A stretch of 64,000 bases of DNA from Gemmatimonadales bacterium (GTDB taxonomy: Bacteria > Gemmatimonadota > Gemmatimonadetes > Gemmatimonadales > GWC2-71-9), in contig DASYTD010000107.1 in NCBI GenBank assembly GCA_036002655.1, positions 726 to 64,725 on the forward strand. Reading direction: 5' to 3'. The notes under the pieces are model-generated. The model worked only from the letters and a program-made list of their open reading frames with translations. It searched no databases and was not told the origin of the DNA. The translations under genes and the position numbers were made by a program. Shown here one piece after another: positions 1 to 10,197 of the stretch (position 1 is the first letter of the stretch; each line of letters opens with the position of its first letter).

Positions 1-1
1 G

Positions 2-1879
2 ATGACGATGGCGCATGTCGTCGCCGACTTCGGGAAGCCCACGCTGGTGCTGTCGCACAACAAGACGCTCGCCGCGCAATTGTACGGCGAGCTCAAGACG
101 TTCTTCCCGTCCAACGCGGTCGAGTTCTTCATTTCCTACTACGACTACTACCAGCCCGAGGCCTACGTGCCGTCGACCGACACGTACATCGCCAAGGATT
201 CGTCCATCAACGACGACATCGAGCGGCTGCGGCTGCGCGCGACCTCGAGCCTGATGGAGCGCGACGACGTCATCATCGTCGCGAGCGTCTCCGCGATCTA
301 CGGCCTCGGCGACCCGGAGCTGTATCGCGAGCTGCTGGTGACTGCGGCGAAGGGCGAGACGCGCGGCCGGGACGCCTTGCTCGCCGATCTCGTCGCCGTC
401 CAGTATCAGCGGAACGACGTCGGCTTCGAGCGCGGCACGTTCCGCGTGCGCGGCGATACGGTCGAGGTGTTCCCGGCGTATGACGAGCAGGCGGTGCGCA
501 TCGAGTTCTGGGGTGACGAGATCGAGCGCATCGCCAAGATCGATCCACTGACCGGCAACGTCATCAGGCCGATGGACCGCTCCGCGATCTACCCGGCGAC
601 GCACTTCGTGACCCAGCGAGCCACCATCGAGCGGGCCGTGTCGCGGATCAGGGCCGAGCTGGCGGAACGCCTGGCGGAGCTGCGGGCCCAGAACAAGCTG
701 CTCGAAGCGCAGCGCCTCGAGTCCCGGACCCACTTCGACATCGACATGCTGATGGAGGTGGGCCGCTGCGCCGGCATCGAGAACTACTCGCGGCTGTTCA
801 GCGGTCGCCAGCCGGGCGAGCGACCGGCGTGCCTGCTCGATTACTTCCCGGACGACTTTCTCTGCATCATCGACGAGTCGCACCAGACGCTGCCGCAGCT
901 TGGCGCCATGTACGAAGGCGACCGCTCGCGCAAGCAGACCCTGGTGGATTACGGTTTCCGGCTCCCTTCCGCACTCGACAACCGGCCGCTCCGCTTCGAT
1001 GAGTTCATGGGGCTGGTGCCGCGCATGGTCTTTGTCTCGGCGACGCCGGGGCAAGACGAGCTGCAGCTCTCGGGTGGTGTGATCGTCGAGCAGATCATCC
1101 GGCCGACCGGGCTCGTCGATCCCGAAGTCGAGATTCGGCCGGTGGCCGGGCAGGTGGACGACTTGCTCAGCGAAATCCGCCTGCGCGAAAAGAAGAACGA
1201 ACGCGTGCTGGTCACGACGTTGACCAAGCGCATGGCGGAAGACCTGACGGACTACCTGCAGCAACACGGCGTGCGCGTGCGCTACCTGCATTCGGAAATC
1301 GACGCGATCGAGCGCGTCGAGATCATCCGCGGCTTACGGCTGGGTGAATTCGACGTCTTGGTCGGGATCAACCTGCTGCGCGAAGGACTCGACTTGCCGG
1401 AGGTCTCACTCGTCGCCGTGCTCGACGCCGATCAGGAAGGCTTCCTGCGCTCCGATCGCTCGCTGATTCAGACCGTGGGCCGGGCGGCGCGCCATCTCAG
1501 CGGCAGGGCCATCCTCTACGCCGATCGCGTGACCGGCTCGATGGAGCGCGCGTTGAGCGAGATGAGCCGGCGGCGCGAAACCCAGCTCGCCTACAACGTC
1601 GAGCATGGCATCACGCCGCGGTCTATCGTGAAATCGGTGGGCGACATTCGCTTCGTCACGCGCGTCGCCGACGCCCGGGTCGTGAAACCCGGTGCCGGCG
1701 CCGTGCGCCGGCCCGCCGACGCCGGCGAGCGCGAGGCGCTCATGCGCATGCTGGAGCAGCAGATGCAGGCCGCGGCCGAAGAGCTCGACTTCGAGCTGGC
1801 GGCGGTGCTGCGCGACCAGCTCCTGGAGCTCAAGGCCGCCGATGCGCCTGTCCGCGAGCGAGCTCAGCCGGTTCGGTGA
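2..1879 (+). CDS. uvrB: Excinuclease ABC subunit B (UvrB), 5' end cut by window edge
   Basis: 625-aa ORF open from the window edge. It has helicase motifs ([18 protein letters not shown]) and a C-terminal UVR motif ([18 protein letters not shown]). Confidence 0.95.
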   Translation: MTMAHVVADFGKPTLVLSHNKTLAAQLYGELKTFFPSNAVEFFISYYDYYQPEAYVPSTDTYIAKDSSINDDIERLRLRATSSLMERDDVIIVASVSAIYGLGDPELYRELLVTAAKGETRGRDALLADLVAVQYQRNDVGFERGTFRVRGDTVEVFPAYDEQAVRIEFWGDEIERIAKIDPLTGNVIRPMDRSAIYPATHFVTQRATIERAVSRIRAELAERLAELRAQNKLLEAQRLESRTHFDIDMLMEVGRCAGIENYSRLFSGRQPGERPACLLDYFPDDFLCIIDESHQTLPQLGAMYEGDRSRKQTLVDYGFRLPSALDNRPLRFDEFMGLVPRMVFVSATPGQDELQLSGGVIVEQIIRPTGLVDPEVEIRPVAGQVDDLLSEIRLREKKNERVLVTTLTKRMAEDLTDYLQQHGVRVRYLHSEIDAIERVEIIRGLRLGEFDVLVGINLLREGLDLPEVSLVAVLDADQEGFLRSDRSLIQTVGRAARHLSGRAILYADRVTGSMERALSEMSRRRETQLAYNVEHGITPRSIVKSVGDIRFVTRVADARVVKPGAGAVRRPADAGEREALMRMLEQQMQAAAEELDFELAAVLRDQLLELKAADAPVRERAQPVR

Positions 1880-2246
1880 GGATCTCGGCGCCCGGCTCAC
1901 CGCCCCCGCCGTAATCGGGCTGTCGGGAGAGCTGGGAACCGGGAAAACGACGCTCGTCCAGGCCATTTGCCGGGGTCTGGGCGCGCGCGCCCGCGCCACC
2001 AGCCCAACCTACGCCCTCGTCCACCACTACGACGCTCCTGGGGCCACGCCTGTCTATCACGTGGACTGCTACCGCCTGCGTCACCCTGACGAAGCGTGTG
2101 ACCTCGGGTTCGACGACATGGTGCGGGAGCGTGCGATCGTCCTTATCGAATGGCCCGAGCGTGCGGGGGCGTGGGCGCCACCGCTCGACCGGCATTTTCA
2201 GCTGTCGTACGATTCCGATCCCGGGAGTCGCGTGCTTGAAGAATGA
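1842..2246 (+). CDS. tsaE: tRNA t6A37 biosynthesis ATPase TsaE (YjeE family)
   Basis: Walker [10 protein letters not shown] plus the family-typical YHVDCYRL and LIEWPE motifs. Internal ATG 1842 (MRLSASEL) was chosen because the upstream part of the 184-aa ORF overlaps uvrB out of frame. Confidence 0.85.
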   Translation: MRLSASELSRFGEDLGARLTAPAVIGLSGELGTGKTTLVQAICRGLGARARATSPTYALVHHYDAPGATPVYHVDCYRLRHPDEACDLGFDDMVRERAIVLIEWPERAGAWAPPLDRHFQLSYDSDPGSRVLEE

Positions 2247-2970
2247 GCCTTGGCTCGCGATCGATACCGCGACAGAAGTCGCCAGCGTTGCCGTCGGCTC
2301 GCCTGAGCACACCGCGGCGGCGCGCTCGATCCGCGGGGCGCGGCAGCACGCCGCACAGATCGTCCCGCTCATCCGCGAAGTCCTTGCACTCGCTAAAGTG
2401 CCGCTCGGGCAAATCGCGGGGATCATTGTCGGCGACGGGCCGGGCAGCTTCACCGGTTTGCGAATCGGATGGGCAGCGGCAAAGGGCCTCGCTCACGAGC
2501 GCGAGCTACCGCTAATCGCGATTCCATCGCTGCTGGGGTTCGCGCACGCGGCTGCGGGCGAGGACGCCAGGCGAGGACGACCGATCGCGGCATGCTTCGA
2601 CGCTCTGCGTGGACAGGTGTTCGCCGCGATCTACGCGTTTTCAGCGAATCGTGTGGAGACACTAGTGGCGCCGGAGCTGTTCACGGTCGCGGCGCTCGCT
2701 CGCGTGACGCCAGTCCGGCCGCTGCTCGCGGTCGGCGATGGCGCGGCACGATACCACGACGAGATCGTGAGCTGGATCGGCCGGTCGCCAGTGCCGCTGG
2801 AAACGCTGTCACCAGTCGCTGGATCGCTGCTCGCGCTCTTTTCCTATCACGGCGCGCGCCGCGCGATTGATGATCCGCGGGTTGCCGAGCCGGTGTACGG
2901 CCGTCCCGCCGAGGCCCAGGCGAAATGGGAGGCGCGCTACGGCCGACCTCTGCCGCATTCGTCCCGCTAA
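2236..2970 (+). CDS. tsaB: tRNA t6A37 biosynthesis protein TsaB (YeaZ family)
   Basis: WLAIDTATEVASVAV N-terminus and the GPGSFTGLRIG motif, sitting between tsaE and rimI. The start is uncertain; TTG 2236 is proposed, and the ORF is open from 2098. Confidence 0.8.
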   Translation: MKNEPWLAIDTATEVASVAVGSPEHTAAARSIRGARQHAAQIVPLIREVLALAKVPLGQIAGIIVGDGPGSFTGLRIGWAAAKGLAHERELPLIAIPSLLGFAHAAAGEDARRGRPIAACFDALRGQVFAAIYAFSANRVETLVAPELFTVAALARVTPVRPLLAVGDGAARYHDEIVSWIGRSPVPLETLSPVAGSLLALFSYHGARRAIDDPRVAEPVYGRPAEAQAKWEARYGRPLPHSSR

Positions 2971-3403
2971 TCTCGCCGACGTTCCCGCCGTGCACGTGAT
3001 CGAGCAGAGCGTGTTCGCCGATCCGTGGACCACGCAAGACTTCCGCGACTGCCTCTCGTCGGACGCGCTCTTTCTCGTCGCCGAGACGGCCGAGGGGATC
3101 GCCGGCTACGTCGTCGCGCTCGACGTCGCCGACGAAGGTGAGATTCTGAACCTGGCCGTCGCGGCGGCGGGTCGCCGTCACGGCTTGGGACGCGCGCTCG
3201 TCGAGCACGTGCTCGCGGCGTTGAGCGAGCGAGGCGCCAGCCAGGTATACCTCGAAGTCCGGGAGTCGAACGCCCCGGCGCGTGCCCTCTACGCCGCCCA
3301 TGGCTTCAAGGAAGTCGGTCGGCGGCGGGGGTATTACCGCCGCCCGGTGGAGGACGCGATCGTGTTGCGGGCTGCAATCGGGGGTGTCGGAGTTGATGCA
3401 TAA
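2870..3403 (+). CDS. rimI: Ribosomal-protein-alanine N-acetyltransferase (GNAT, RimI-like)
   Basis: GNAT acetyl-CoA motif (RRHGLGRALVEHVL) and YLEVRESNAPARALYAAHGF. The conserved tsaE-tsaB-rimI order supports the call. The start is uncertain (ATG 2870 overlaps the tsaB end). Confidence 0.8.
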   Translation: MIRGLPSRCTAVPPRPRRNGRRATADLCRIRPANLADVPAVHVIEQSVFADPWTTQDFRDCLSSDALFLVAETAEGIAGYVVALDVADEGEILNLAVAAAGRRHGLGRALVEHVLAALSERGASQVYLEVRESNAPARALYAAHGFKEVGRRRGYYRRPVEDAIVLRAAIGGVGVDA

Positions 3404-3429
3404 CTTCGGTACAGGTGGCGTATCTTTGA

Positions 3430-3458
3430 TTGACAGAACGACTTGCGACTTATATAGT
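3430..3458 (+). promoter_or_regulatory. Sigma70-type promoter upstream of ssb (TTGACA, 17-nt spacer, TATAGT)
   Basis: TTGACA at 3430-3435, a 17-nt spacer, then TATAGT at 3453-3458. It lies inside the only AT-rich stretch of this region, about 45 nt upstream of the GGAGG RBS (3494-3498) and GTG 3504. Confidence 0.6.
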
Positions 3459-3503
3459 GTTGGGCACCCTTGGGACCACACCGCATTATCGTCGGAGGTA
3501 GTT

Positions 3504-3965
3504 GTGAGCCGCAGCCTCAATAAGATCATGATTATCGGGAACTTGGGTGCCGATCCCGAGGTGCGCAGCACGAACAACGGATCCCGCGTGGCAACCCTCT
3601 CCGTGGCGACGAGCCGGCAGTGGACGGGGAACGGGGGAGAGAAGCAGGAAAAGACGGAGTGGCACAGGGTTATCTGCTGGAATAACAAGGGCTCCGGGCT
3701 GGCGGACATCGCGGAGAAGTACCTGAAGAAGGGCGATAAGGTCTATATCGAGGGCCGGATCGAGTACCGGACCTGGGAAGATCGCGAGAAACAGACGCGC
3801 TACGTCACCGAGATCATCGCGCGCGAGTTGATCATGCTGTCGTCGAAGGGCGGCGGAATGGTCGCCGCAAAGGCAGTGGCCGCCGGCTCGGAAGGGAAGA
3901 CGCCGGAGTCGCTCGACGCGTTCCCGGAGGCGCTGGATGAGGAGGACGACGATCTGCCGTTCTGA
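3504..3965 (+). CDS. ssb: Single-stranded DNA-binding protein
   Basis: OB-fold N-terminus (LNKIMIIGNLGADPEVR ... TEWHRVICW), a Gly/Ala-rich linker, and the acidic tail ending DDDLPF. GTG 3504 is preceded by GGAGG. Confidence 0.93.
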   Translation: MSRSLNKIMIIGNLGADPEVRSTNNGSRVATLSVATSRQWTGNGGEKQEKTEWHRVICWNNKGSGLADIAEKYLKKGDKVYIEGRIEYRTWEDREKQTRYVTEIIARELIMLSSKGGGMVAAKAVAAGSEGKTPESLDAFPEALDEEDDDLPF

Positions 3966-5214
3966 CCGCGTCGCAGTTCTAGCCCTGGCGGCGACGCTCA
4001 CGTGGCGAGTCCTGCCGGCGCAGGATACGACGCAGATTCAGCAGGACACCACGCAGGCCGTCGCCGCTTTCCAGGCACAGGTTCCCGCCCAGCACACCGT
4101 TTCCCGCGGTGAGACCCTGTGGTCCATCGCGCAGATGTATTTCAACGACCCGCTGCTGTGGCCGGAGATTTACCGCCTCAATACCAACGTCGTCGAAGAC
4201 CCTCACTGGATCTATCCCGGTGAGGTGCTGAACCTCTCAGCTGTTGTGATGGTGGCTCAGGGCGATACCGTCATGGCGGTGCCGCAGGACGCCGCCGCCG
4301 CCGACACGGTGAGCGCGACGCCCGGTGACACGATCGCCGCGGTGGTGCCGCTCGATACCGTAACCGCCCTAATGGATACCATCCCGGCCGACACCGCGCA
4401 GCTCATCGTGGAACCGCCGCCTCCGGCCGTGATCGAAACCTACGAAACGATGTTCGATCGCCGCCGCACCAACCGGCAGGTCGTGCAAGACGTGCTGCGG
4501 GCCTACACGAACCAGCCCTATCGCCCGGTCCGGGCCGGCGAATTCTACGCCGCCGGTTTCCTGAGCGAGAACGAGCGGCTGCCGTGGGGCCGCGTGCTCG
4601 GTGCAACGGCCACGCCTGCGATTCACCGGTTGTCTGAGCGCACGTCGGCGACGACGTTCGAGGAAATCGCGATCCGGCCGCCGCGCAATGCGTCCTATCA
4701 TGTTGGCGACTCGCTGTTACTCGCCCGCATTGACCGGGCGCTGGAGTTCGGCCGCTGGGGCGAAGTCGTGGTCCCGCTTGGCATCGCGCGCGTCACGTCG
4801 GTCGAGGAACAGCAGGTGCTCGCGCAGGTCGTGGCGCAGTACGGCCGCATTCACGACGGTCACCTGGCGATGCCGCTCGAGCCGTTCCGTAATCCCGGGC
4901 AGGTTCGGCCCACCCCCGTGGAACAGGGACTGGCCGGCAAGCTGCTGGAGGGGCGCGATCCGCACCCGATTGCGGGGGCGCAGCAGTTCTTCTTCATTGA
5001 TAAGGGCCGCTCCCAGGGCGTCAGCCTGGGCGATGTGTTTGAGGTCTTCAAACCGGCGGCGGGCTTCGCGGGAGCGGCTTCGGAAGAAGTGCGGGCCGTG
5101 CTGATGATCGTGCACACGCGGGAGCGCTCATCGACCGGTCTCCTTATACAGATCATTCATCCTGGGCTGGACTCAGGTATGCCGGTACGATTGATCAAGA
5201 AGATGCCTTCCTAA
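3937..5214 (+). CDS. Secreted LysM peptidoglycan-binding domain protein
   Basis: N-terminal signal-like segment (VAVLALAATLTWRVLPAQD) and a LysM motif (HTVSRGETLWSIAQMYFNDPLLWPEIYRLN ... IYPGEVLNL). The remainder is uncharacterised. Confidence 0.7.
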   Translation: MRRTTICRSDRVAVLALAATLTWRVLPAQDTTQIQQDTTQAVAAFQAQVPAQHTVSRGETLWSIAQMYFNDPLLWPEIYRLNTNVVEDPHWIYPGEVLNLSAVVMVAQGDTVMAVPQDAAAADTVSATPGDTIAAVVPLDTVTALMDTIPADTAQLIVEPPPPAVIETYETMFDRRRTNRQVVQDVLRAYTNQPYRPVRAGEFYAAGFLSENERLPWGRVLGATATPAIHRLSERTSATTFEEIAIRPPRNASYHVGDSLLLARIDRALEFGRWGEVVVPLGIARVTSVEEQQVLAQVVAQYGRIHDGHLAMPLEPFRNPGQVRPTPVEQGLAGKLLEGRDPHPIAGAQQFFFIDKGRSQGVSLGDVFEVFKPAAGFAGAASEEVRAVLMIVHTRERSSTGLLIQIIHPGLDSGMPVRLIKKMPS

Positions 5215-5257
5215 ACGGCGGCCGGGCTCACTCCTGTGGACCCGGCCGGTATCGGTC

Positions 5258-6052
5258 GTGATTGTCACCCTGCATCTCGTTGCGCTCGTCTTATACGCAC
5301 TGGCAACGGCGTTCGCGTTGGCGCCGTTCATGGGCTTTCGGCCCGCGCCACGCGCGCTGACGATCGCGTTGCCGTGCGCCGGCGCGGCGGTGCAGGTGGT
5401 GGCGGTCTCGCAACTCACACCTATCGGTCTCGGGCCGGCGCTCTCGATGTTGGCGCTGTGTCTCGTTCTGCTCCAGCTCGCGAGCGAGCGTCTGCTTCGC
5501 GGCTCGGCCGTATCCTTCTTCACGGGACCGCTCGCCACGGGCCTGGTCGGCCTCGCCATCCTCAGCGGACTCGCTCCGGGGGCCGAGACGGCCGCCGGCC
5601 GCAACACCTGGTTCGTGTTGCATGTTGCGTTGAGCGTCCTAGGGCTCGCGTTGATGGCGTTGGCGTTCATCGCGGCCGCGCTCTACCTGCTCCAGTTTCG
5701 TGAGCTGAAGGCTCGACGCTTCGGTCAGGTCTTTCAGCTTTTCCCCCCCCTCGAGCGGCTCGACCAGCTCAACCGATTTGCGCTCGTCGCCGGCTTCCCC
5801 GCACTGACGCTCGGCGTATTGCTGGCGCTGGGCTACGGCGCGCGGTTCTCCGGCGGACTGCACGCCGCGAAGGCGCAGGTGGTGTGGGGCATCTTTACCT
5901 GGGTGGTGCTGGGGTGGGCGGTCTGGGTCCGCGTCGTCCGCCATTGGGCGGGCCGGCGTGCGGCAGTCGCAAGCATCGCCGGCTTCTCCGCCGTTCTCCT
6001 CGTCTACGTCGCGTTGAAGCTGGCCCAGCCGGGCGCCGAACGATTCCTGTGA
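5258..6052 (+). CDS. Cytochrome c assembly family membrane protein (HemX/CcsA-like) upstream of hemA
   Basis: Polytopic membrane protein with the family-typical LHV...YLLQFRELK...PPLERLD pattern. Its position directly before hemA matches hemA-hemX-type operons. No WGxxWxWD haem-handling motif was seen. Confidence 0.7.
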   Translation: MIVTLHLVALVLYALATAFALAPFMGFRPAPRALTIALPCAGAAVQVVAVSQLTPIGLGPALSMLALCLVLLQLASERLLRGSAVSFFTGPLATGLVGLAILSGLAPGAETAAGRNTWFVLHVALSVLGLALMALAFIAAALYLLQFRELKARRFGQVFQLFPPLERLDQLNRFALVAGFPALTLGVLLALGYGARFSGGLHAAKAQVVWGIFTWVVLGWAVWVRVVRHWAGRRAAVASIAGFSAVLLVYVALKLAQPGAERFL

Positions 6053-6066
6053 GGGGTCATACAGAG

Positions 6067-7329
6067 ATGGGCATCAAGGTGCTGGGGGTCAACCACCGCA
6101 CCGCACCGCTCGAGGTGCGGGAGCGGTTCGCGCACGGCGCGCACGAAGTGCCGGCGGCGCTCGCGCGCGTCATGGCCGCGGGCGCGAGCGGTGGTGTCCT
6201 GCTCTCCACCTGTAATCGCACCGAGTTTTATCTGGTGGCGGACGACGAGCCGGCCCTGGAGACCGTCTGGTCACTGCTCAACGAACGGCTTACGGCTGCG
6301 CCCTCGGGGGGCGCGCGAGAGTACGGGTACATCGCGCGCGATCGCGACGCGGTCCGTCATCTCTATCGTGTCTCGTCGGGACTCGACTCGATGATCCTCG
6401 GCGAGTCACAGATCCAGGGGCAGGTGCGGGAGGCATGGGAAGCATCGCGCGCGCAAGCCGGACCGGTCTTGCACCGGCTGTTTCAAACGGCATTGCACGT
6501 TGGATCGCGGGTGCGCACCGAGACGGGCCTCGGCATGGGCACCGCGTCCGCCGCGTCGGCGGGCGTCGCCGTGGCCGGAAAGATCTTTGGCGACCTCGCT
6601 GGTCGCAGCGCACTCATTCTCGGCGCTGGGGACATGGCCGAGCTCGCGGCGACCTGTCTGAGCGACCAGGGCGTGCACATCACGCTGGTCGCGAATCGCA
6701 CCCAGGAACGCGCGCGCGCCATCGCGGAGCGGCTGGGAGGTCGCGCGGTCTCGCTGGAAGAGGCGTGGGCTCACTTTGCGACGACAGATATCGCCCTTTG
6801 CTCGACGGCCGCACCGCACACGGTCGTCACGTGGGAACGAGTCGGAGCCGTGATTGGCGAGCGGCGGGGACGGCCGCTGTGCATCCTGGACCTCGCGGTC
6901 CCGCGCGACGTGGATCCCGCGGTCGCCCAAATCGAAAACGTGTTCCTCTACGACGTCGACGATCTCCAGACGGTCGCGGCGCAGGCCACCGCGCGCCGAC
7001 GCGACGAAATTCCCGCTGCCGAACGGATCGTCGAAGAGGAAACCGATCTCTTTTGGGCCTGGTACGGCGGCCTGGGTGTCGTGCCGACCATCAAAGAGCT
7101 GCGCCATCGCATGGATGCGTTGCGGGCGGCCGAGCTCGAGCGCGCGCTGCGCCAGCTCGCGCATCTGAATCCCGAAGATCGCGAGCGCGTGGAGCAGTTC
7201 AGCCAGGCGCTGCTGAACAAGTTCTTGCACCAACCCACCGTGGCGCTGAAAGCGGCGGCCGAGGAAGGCCGAGGATACGGTCTGCTGGAAGCCCTGCGGC
7301 GGCTGTTCGGAATGGAGCCACCAGCGTGA
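6067..7329 (+). CDS. hemA: Glutamyl-tRNA reductase
   Basis: MGIKVLGVNHRTAPLEVRERF N-terminus, active-site region LSTCNRTEFY, and NADPH-binding ILGAGDMAE. The 420-aa length after choosing ATG 6067 is typical. Confidence 0.93.
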   Translation: MGIKVLGVNHRTAPLEVRERFAHGAHEVPAALARVMAAGASGGVLLSTCNRTEFYLVADDEPALETVWSLLNERLTAAPSGGAREYGYIARDRDAVRHLYRVSSGLDSMILGESQIQGQVREAWEASRAQAGPVLHRLFQTALHVGSRVRTETGLGMGTASAASAGVAVAGKIFGDLAGRSALILGAGDMAELAATCLSDQGVHITLVANRTQERARAIAERLGGRAVSLEEAWAHFATTDIALCSTAAPHTVVTWERVGAVIGERRGRPLCILDLAVPRDVDPAVAQIENVFLYDVDDLQTVAAQATARRRDEIPAAERIVEEETDLFWAWYGGLGVVPTIKELRHRMDALRAAELERALRQLAHLNPEDRERVEQFSQALLNKFLHQPTVALKAAAEEGRGYGLLEALRRLFGMEPPA

Positions 7330-8327
7330 CAGGGGGAACCCGGATCCTCGTCACCGGAGGCGCAGGCTACATCGGCAGCGTAATCGTAGAGCTGCTCCTC
7401 GAGCGGGGCCGCAGCGTCGTCGTGCTCGACGACCTGAGCAGGGGACATCGCCAGGCCGTTTCGAGGGGTGCGAGCTTCATCCAGGGCAGCGTTGGAAACC
7501 ACGAGCTTGTGCAGGCGCTGCTCGACCACGAGCGCATCGAGGCGATCATTCACATGGCGGCCTTCGCGCTCGTTCCGGAGTCGGTGGCCGAGCCTCAGAA
7601 GTATGTGACCAACAATGTCACCGCCGCGCGTGTACTGTTGGAGGCGGCCGGCCGGGCGAAGGTCCGCCGCTTCGTCTTCTCGTCTTCATGCGCGGTGTAT
7701 GGCCACCCGGCGACGATACCGATTTCAGAGGATGCACCGCAGGCACCGGTGAATCCCTACGGGGAGACGAAGCGAGATTTCGAGCGGCTGCTCGCCGACT
7801 TCGGCCCCCGGAATGGGCTCGCGGTTGTGAGTCTGCGCTATTTCAACGCGGCGGGCGCCACGGAGCAGCGGGGAGAGGACCACGAACCGGAGACACATCT
7901 GATCCCGAATGTGCTGGCAGCGGCGATGGGAAAGCGCTCAGCGGTGGATGTGTTTGGCACCGATTATCCTACGCCCGACGGCACCGCGGTTCGGGACTAT
8001 GTCCATGTCGTCGATATCGCCGATGCACACGTGCGCGCCCTCGACGTCAGGCTCGACCACCGTGCGCCGATCGCGGTGAACCTGGGCACCGGCACCGGTC
8101 GCTCCGTCCGTGAGATCGTGGAGAGGGCGCGCCGCGTCACCGGCAGGGCCGTCCCAACCGCCGATCGGCCGCGTCGTGCCGGGGATCCGCCCGCGCTCGT
8201 CGCGGCGGCGGGCCGCGCGGCCGACGTGCTCGGCTGGCGCGCAACGCGGTCGAGTCTGGAGGAAATCTTGGAGAGCGCGTGGCGCTGGCATCAGGCGCAT
8301 CCGCACGGTTACCGGGGGGAGAGCTGA
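7326..8327 (+). CDS. galE: UDP-glucose 4-epimerase
   Basis: ILVTGGAGYIGS Rossmann motif, the YGETK catalytic motif, and a 333-aa length. GTG 7326 overlaps the hemA stop (GTGA). Confidence 0.9.
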   Translation: MTGGTRILVTGGAGYIGSVIVELLLERGRSVVVLDDLSRGHRQAVSRGASFIQGSVGNHELVQALLDHERIEAIIHMAAFALVPESVAEPQKYVTNNVTAARVLLEAAGRAKVRRFVFSSSCAVYGHPATIPISEDAPQAPVNPYGETKRDFERLLADFGPRNGLAVVSLRYFNAAGATEQRGEDHEPETHLIPNVLAAAMGKRSAVDVFGTDYPTPDGTAVRDYVHVVDIADAHVRALDVRLDHRAPIAVNLGTGTGRSVREIVERARRVTGRAVPTADRPRRAGDPPALVAAAGRAADVLGWRATRSSLEEILESAWRWHQAHPHGYRGES

Positions 8328-8330
8328 CTC

Positions 8331-9077
8331 GTGGATCCAAGCGTGCTGCTACAGGTTCGAGGCGCGATTCCTACGACACCGTGGGAGCTGGTGCTCACAT
8401 CCAGCCGCGAAACGCAATTCGTGCTGGCCGTGCTCGCCGTCTTCTCGCTCGTGTCGTGGTACCTCATCGTCCTGAAGTGGTGGCAATTCCGTCGCATGCG
8501 GCAGCTCGGCGATCGATTCCTCGCCGAAGTCGAGAAAGCTCCGCGCCTCGAAGAAGCCTATCACGCGGCGATGCGCCTGCCGCCGTCGCCGTACAATCGG
8601 TTGCTGCGTGAGGCGGTCCACTTCTTCTCTGAGCTCAAGCCGGGCACGCTGAAAGCCGGCGCGGTCGTCGCCAATCCCGCGGCGACCGCGTCGTCTGCGA
8701 CACTGACGACGCCGCAGCTCGAAGCATTCCGCATGGTGCTCGCCAAGGAAGTGGCGGCTGAGCGCGACACGGCTGCGCGGTGGATCCCATGGCTCGCCAC
8801 GTTCGGCTCCGTTAGCCCGTTGCTCGGCCTGCTGGGCACGGTACTCGGCGTAATGGACGCATTCATAGGCATCGCCGTCGGCGGTTCCGGAAACATCGCC
8901 GCCGTCGCGCCGGGCGTGGCCGAGGCGCTGGTCACGACCGTCGGCGGCCTGGCGGTCGCCGTGCCGGCCGTGATGGCCTACAACATCTTCGTCAACCGGC
9001 TGGGCCTGTTCGCCGGCGAGCTCGAGGGCTTCGCCCAGGAGATCGTCGGCACGCTGGCTCGCGAAGGGCGGATCTAA
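8331..9077 (+). CDS. tolQ: Tol-Pal system proton channel protein TolQ (MotA/TolQ/ExbB family)
   Basis: Three TM segments and the conserved C-terminal region (GLLGTVLGVMDAF ... VAPGVAEALVTTVGGLAVAVPAVMAYN). It is the first gene of a tolQRAB-pal-ybgF cluster. Confidence 0.85.
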   Translation: MDPSVLLQVRGAIPTTPWELVLTSSRETQFVLAVLAVFSLVSWYLIVLKWWQFRRMRQLGDRFLAEVEKAPRLEEAYHAAMRLPPSPYNRLLREAVHFFSELKPGTLKAGAVVANPAATASSATLTTPQLEAFRMVLAKEVAAERDTAARWIPWLATFGSVSPLLGLLGTVLGVMDAFIGIAVGGSGNIAAVAPGVAEALVTTVGGLAVAVPAVMAYNIFVNRLGLFAGELEGFAQEIVGTLAREGRI

Positions 9078-9517
9078 TGGCCGGACTAGTGGGTTCGGGC
9101 GGAGGCGGCCTGCGCGGTCACGGCGAGCTGCCGCTCACCGCCGACATCAACGTGACGTCGCTGGTGGACGTCGCATTCGTGCTGCTCATCATCTTCATGA
9201 TCACGGCGCCGATCATGCAGGGTGGGGTGGATGTGCGGCTGCCACGGGCGCAGGTGCGAGCGATCGAGCCGAAGCAGGGCCTCGTGGTAACGCTGGACAG
9301 CGACGGCAGGATCTATCTCGACCAGTCCGCGCTCGCCTACGACGACTTCCGCTCCATGTTCCCGGCCTTTGTGCGAACGAAACGGCCTACCGGGGTGTAT
9401 CTGCGGGCCGATGGTCGCGTGGCATATGCCCGTGTCGTGCAGGTCCTGGCGGTGATTCGCGCGGCCGGTGTACAGGATGTCGGACTCGTTGCCGAACCGG
9501 AGACGATCAACCGATGA
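9077..9517 (+). CDS. tolR: Tol-Pal system protein TolR (ExbD/TolR family)
   Basis: INVTSLVDVAFVLLIIFMITAP motif typical of ExbD/TolR. The start is a TAATG overlap with tolQ. Confidence 0.85.
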   Translation: MAGLVGSGGGGLRGHGELPLTADINVTSLVDVAFVLLIIFMITAPIMQGGVDVRLPRAQVRAIEPKQGLVVTLDSDGRIYLDQSALAYDDFRSMFPAFVRTKRPTGVYLRADGRVAYARVVQVLAVIRAAGVQDVGLVAEPETINR

Positions 9518-10197
9518 GAGCACGCAGTCGCACTCCCGCTCCCGTGGGGATGGCCATGACGGGCACGCTTGTCGTGCACGGCGTGGTGGGTGCGTTGCTG
9601 TTCGGGAGTCCCGCGGGACGGACGCGACTGCCGCCGACCTACACCGTGCGCTTGATCGCCGCTCCGGCTGCCGACCTCGAGGTGCGGAAGGCGCCAGAAG
9701 CATTCGAACGGCCGGCTGAGGAAAAACCGGCCCCGATTCCCGCCGCGAAGACTCCGCGCAGCACCGTCTCGCGTGCGACCCCGCCGTCCACGCGCGACCA
9801 GACGACCCGCGAGGCCGCGCCGCGGACCACCCCGACAACGCAGCCGTTGCCGGGAGAGCGACCCTCGACGGGCAACGACGTCGCCACCGTGAGCACGGAG
9901 GGCGTGGCGTTTCCGTTCCCCGAGTACCTCCAGAACATCGTGTCGCAGGTGCTGCGCCGGTGGCAGCGGCCCGGGCAGAGCACGCCACTCGAGGCCGAGG
10001 TCTCGTTCTTGGTTCATCGCGACGGGTCGGTGACGGATCTGCAATTCATCCGGCGCTCCGGCAACTTCGCGTTCGATCTCGAGGCTCAAGGCGCCGTCGA
10101 GGAAGCCGGACGGTTCAAGGCGTTCGGCGGCCTGCCGGATGGATGGCAATCCGACGTGCTGTTCGTGCGGTTTTACTTTTCGGGGCAGCGCCAATGA
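9514..10197 (+). CDS. TolA-like / TonB C-terminal domain energy transducer
   Basis: N-terminal TM anchor, a Pro-rich linker, and a TonB_C-like end (FPFPEYLQNIV ... VSFLVHRDGSVTDLQFIRRSGNFAFD). It lies between tolR and tolB and has an ATGA overlap with tolR. Confidence 0.7.
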   Translation: MRARSRTPAPVGMAMTGTLVVHGVVGALLFGSPAGRTRLPPTYTVRLIAAPAADLEVRKAPEAFERPAEEKPAPIPAAKTPRSTVSRATPPSTRDQTTREAAPRTTPTTQPLPGERPSTGNDVATVSTEGVAFPFPEYLQNIVSQVLRRWQRPGQSTPLEAEVSFLVHRDGSVTDLQFIRRSGNFAFDLEAQGAVEEAGRFKAFGGLPDGWQSDVLFVRFYFSGQRQ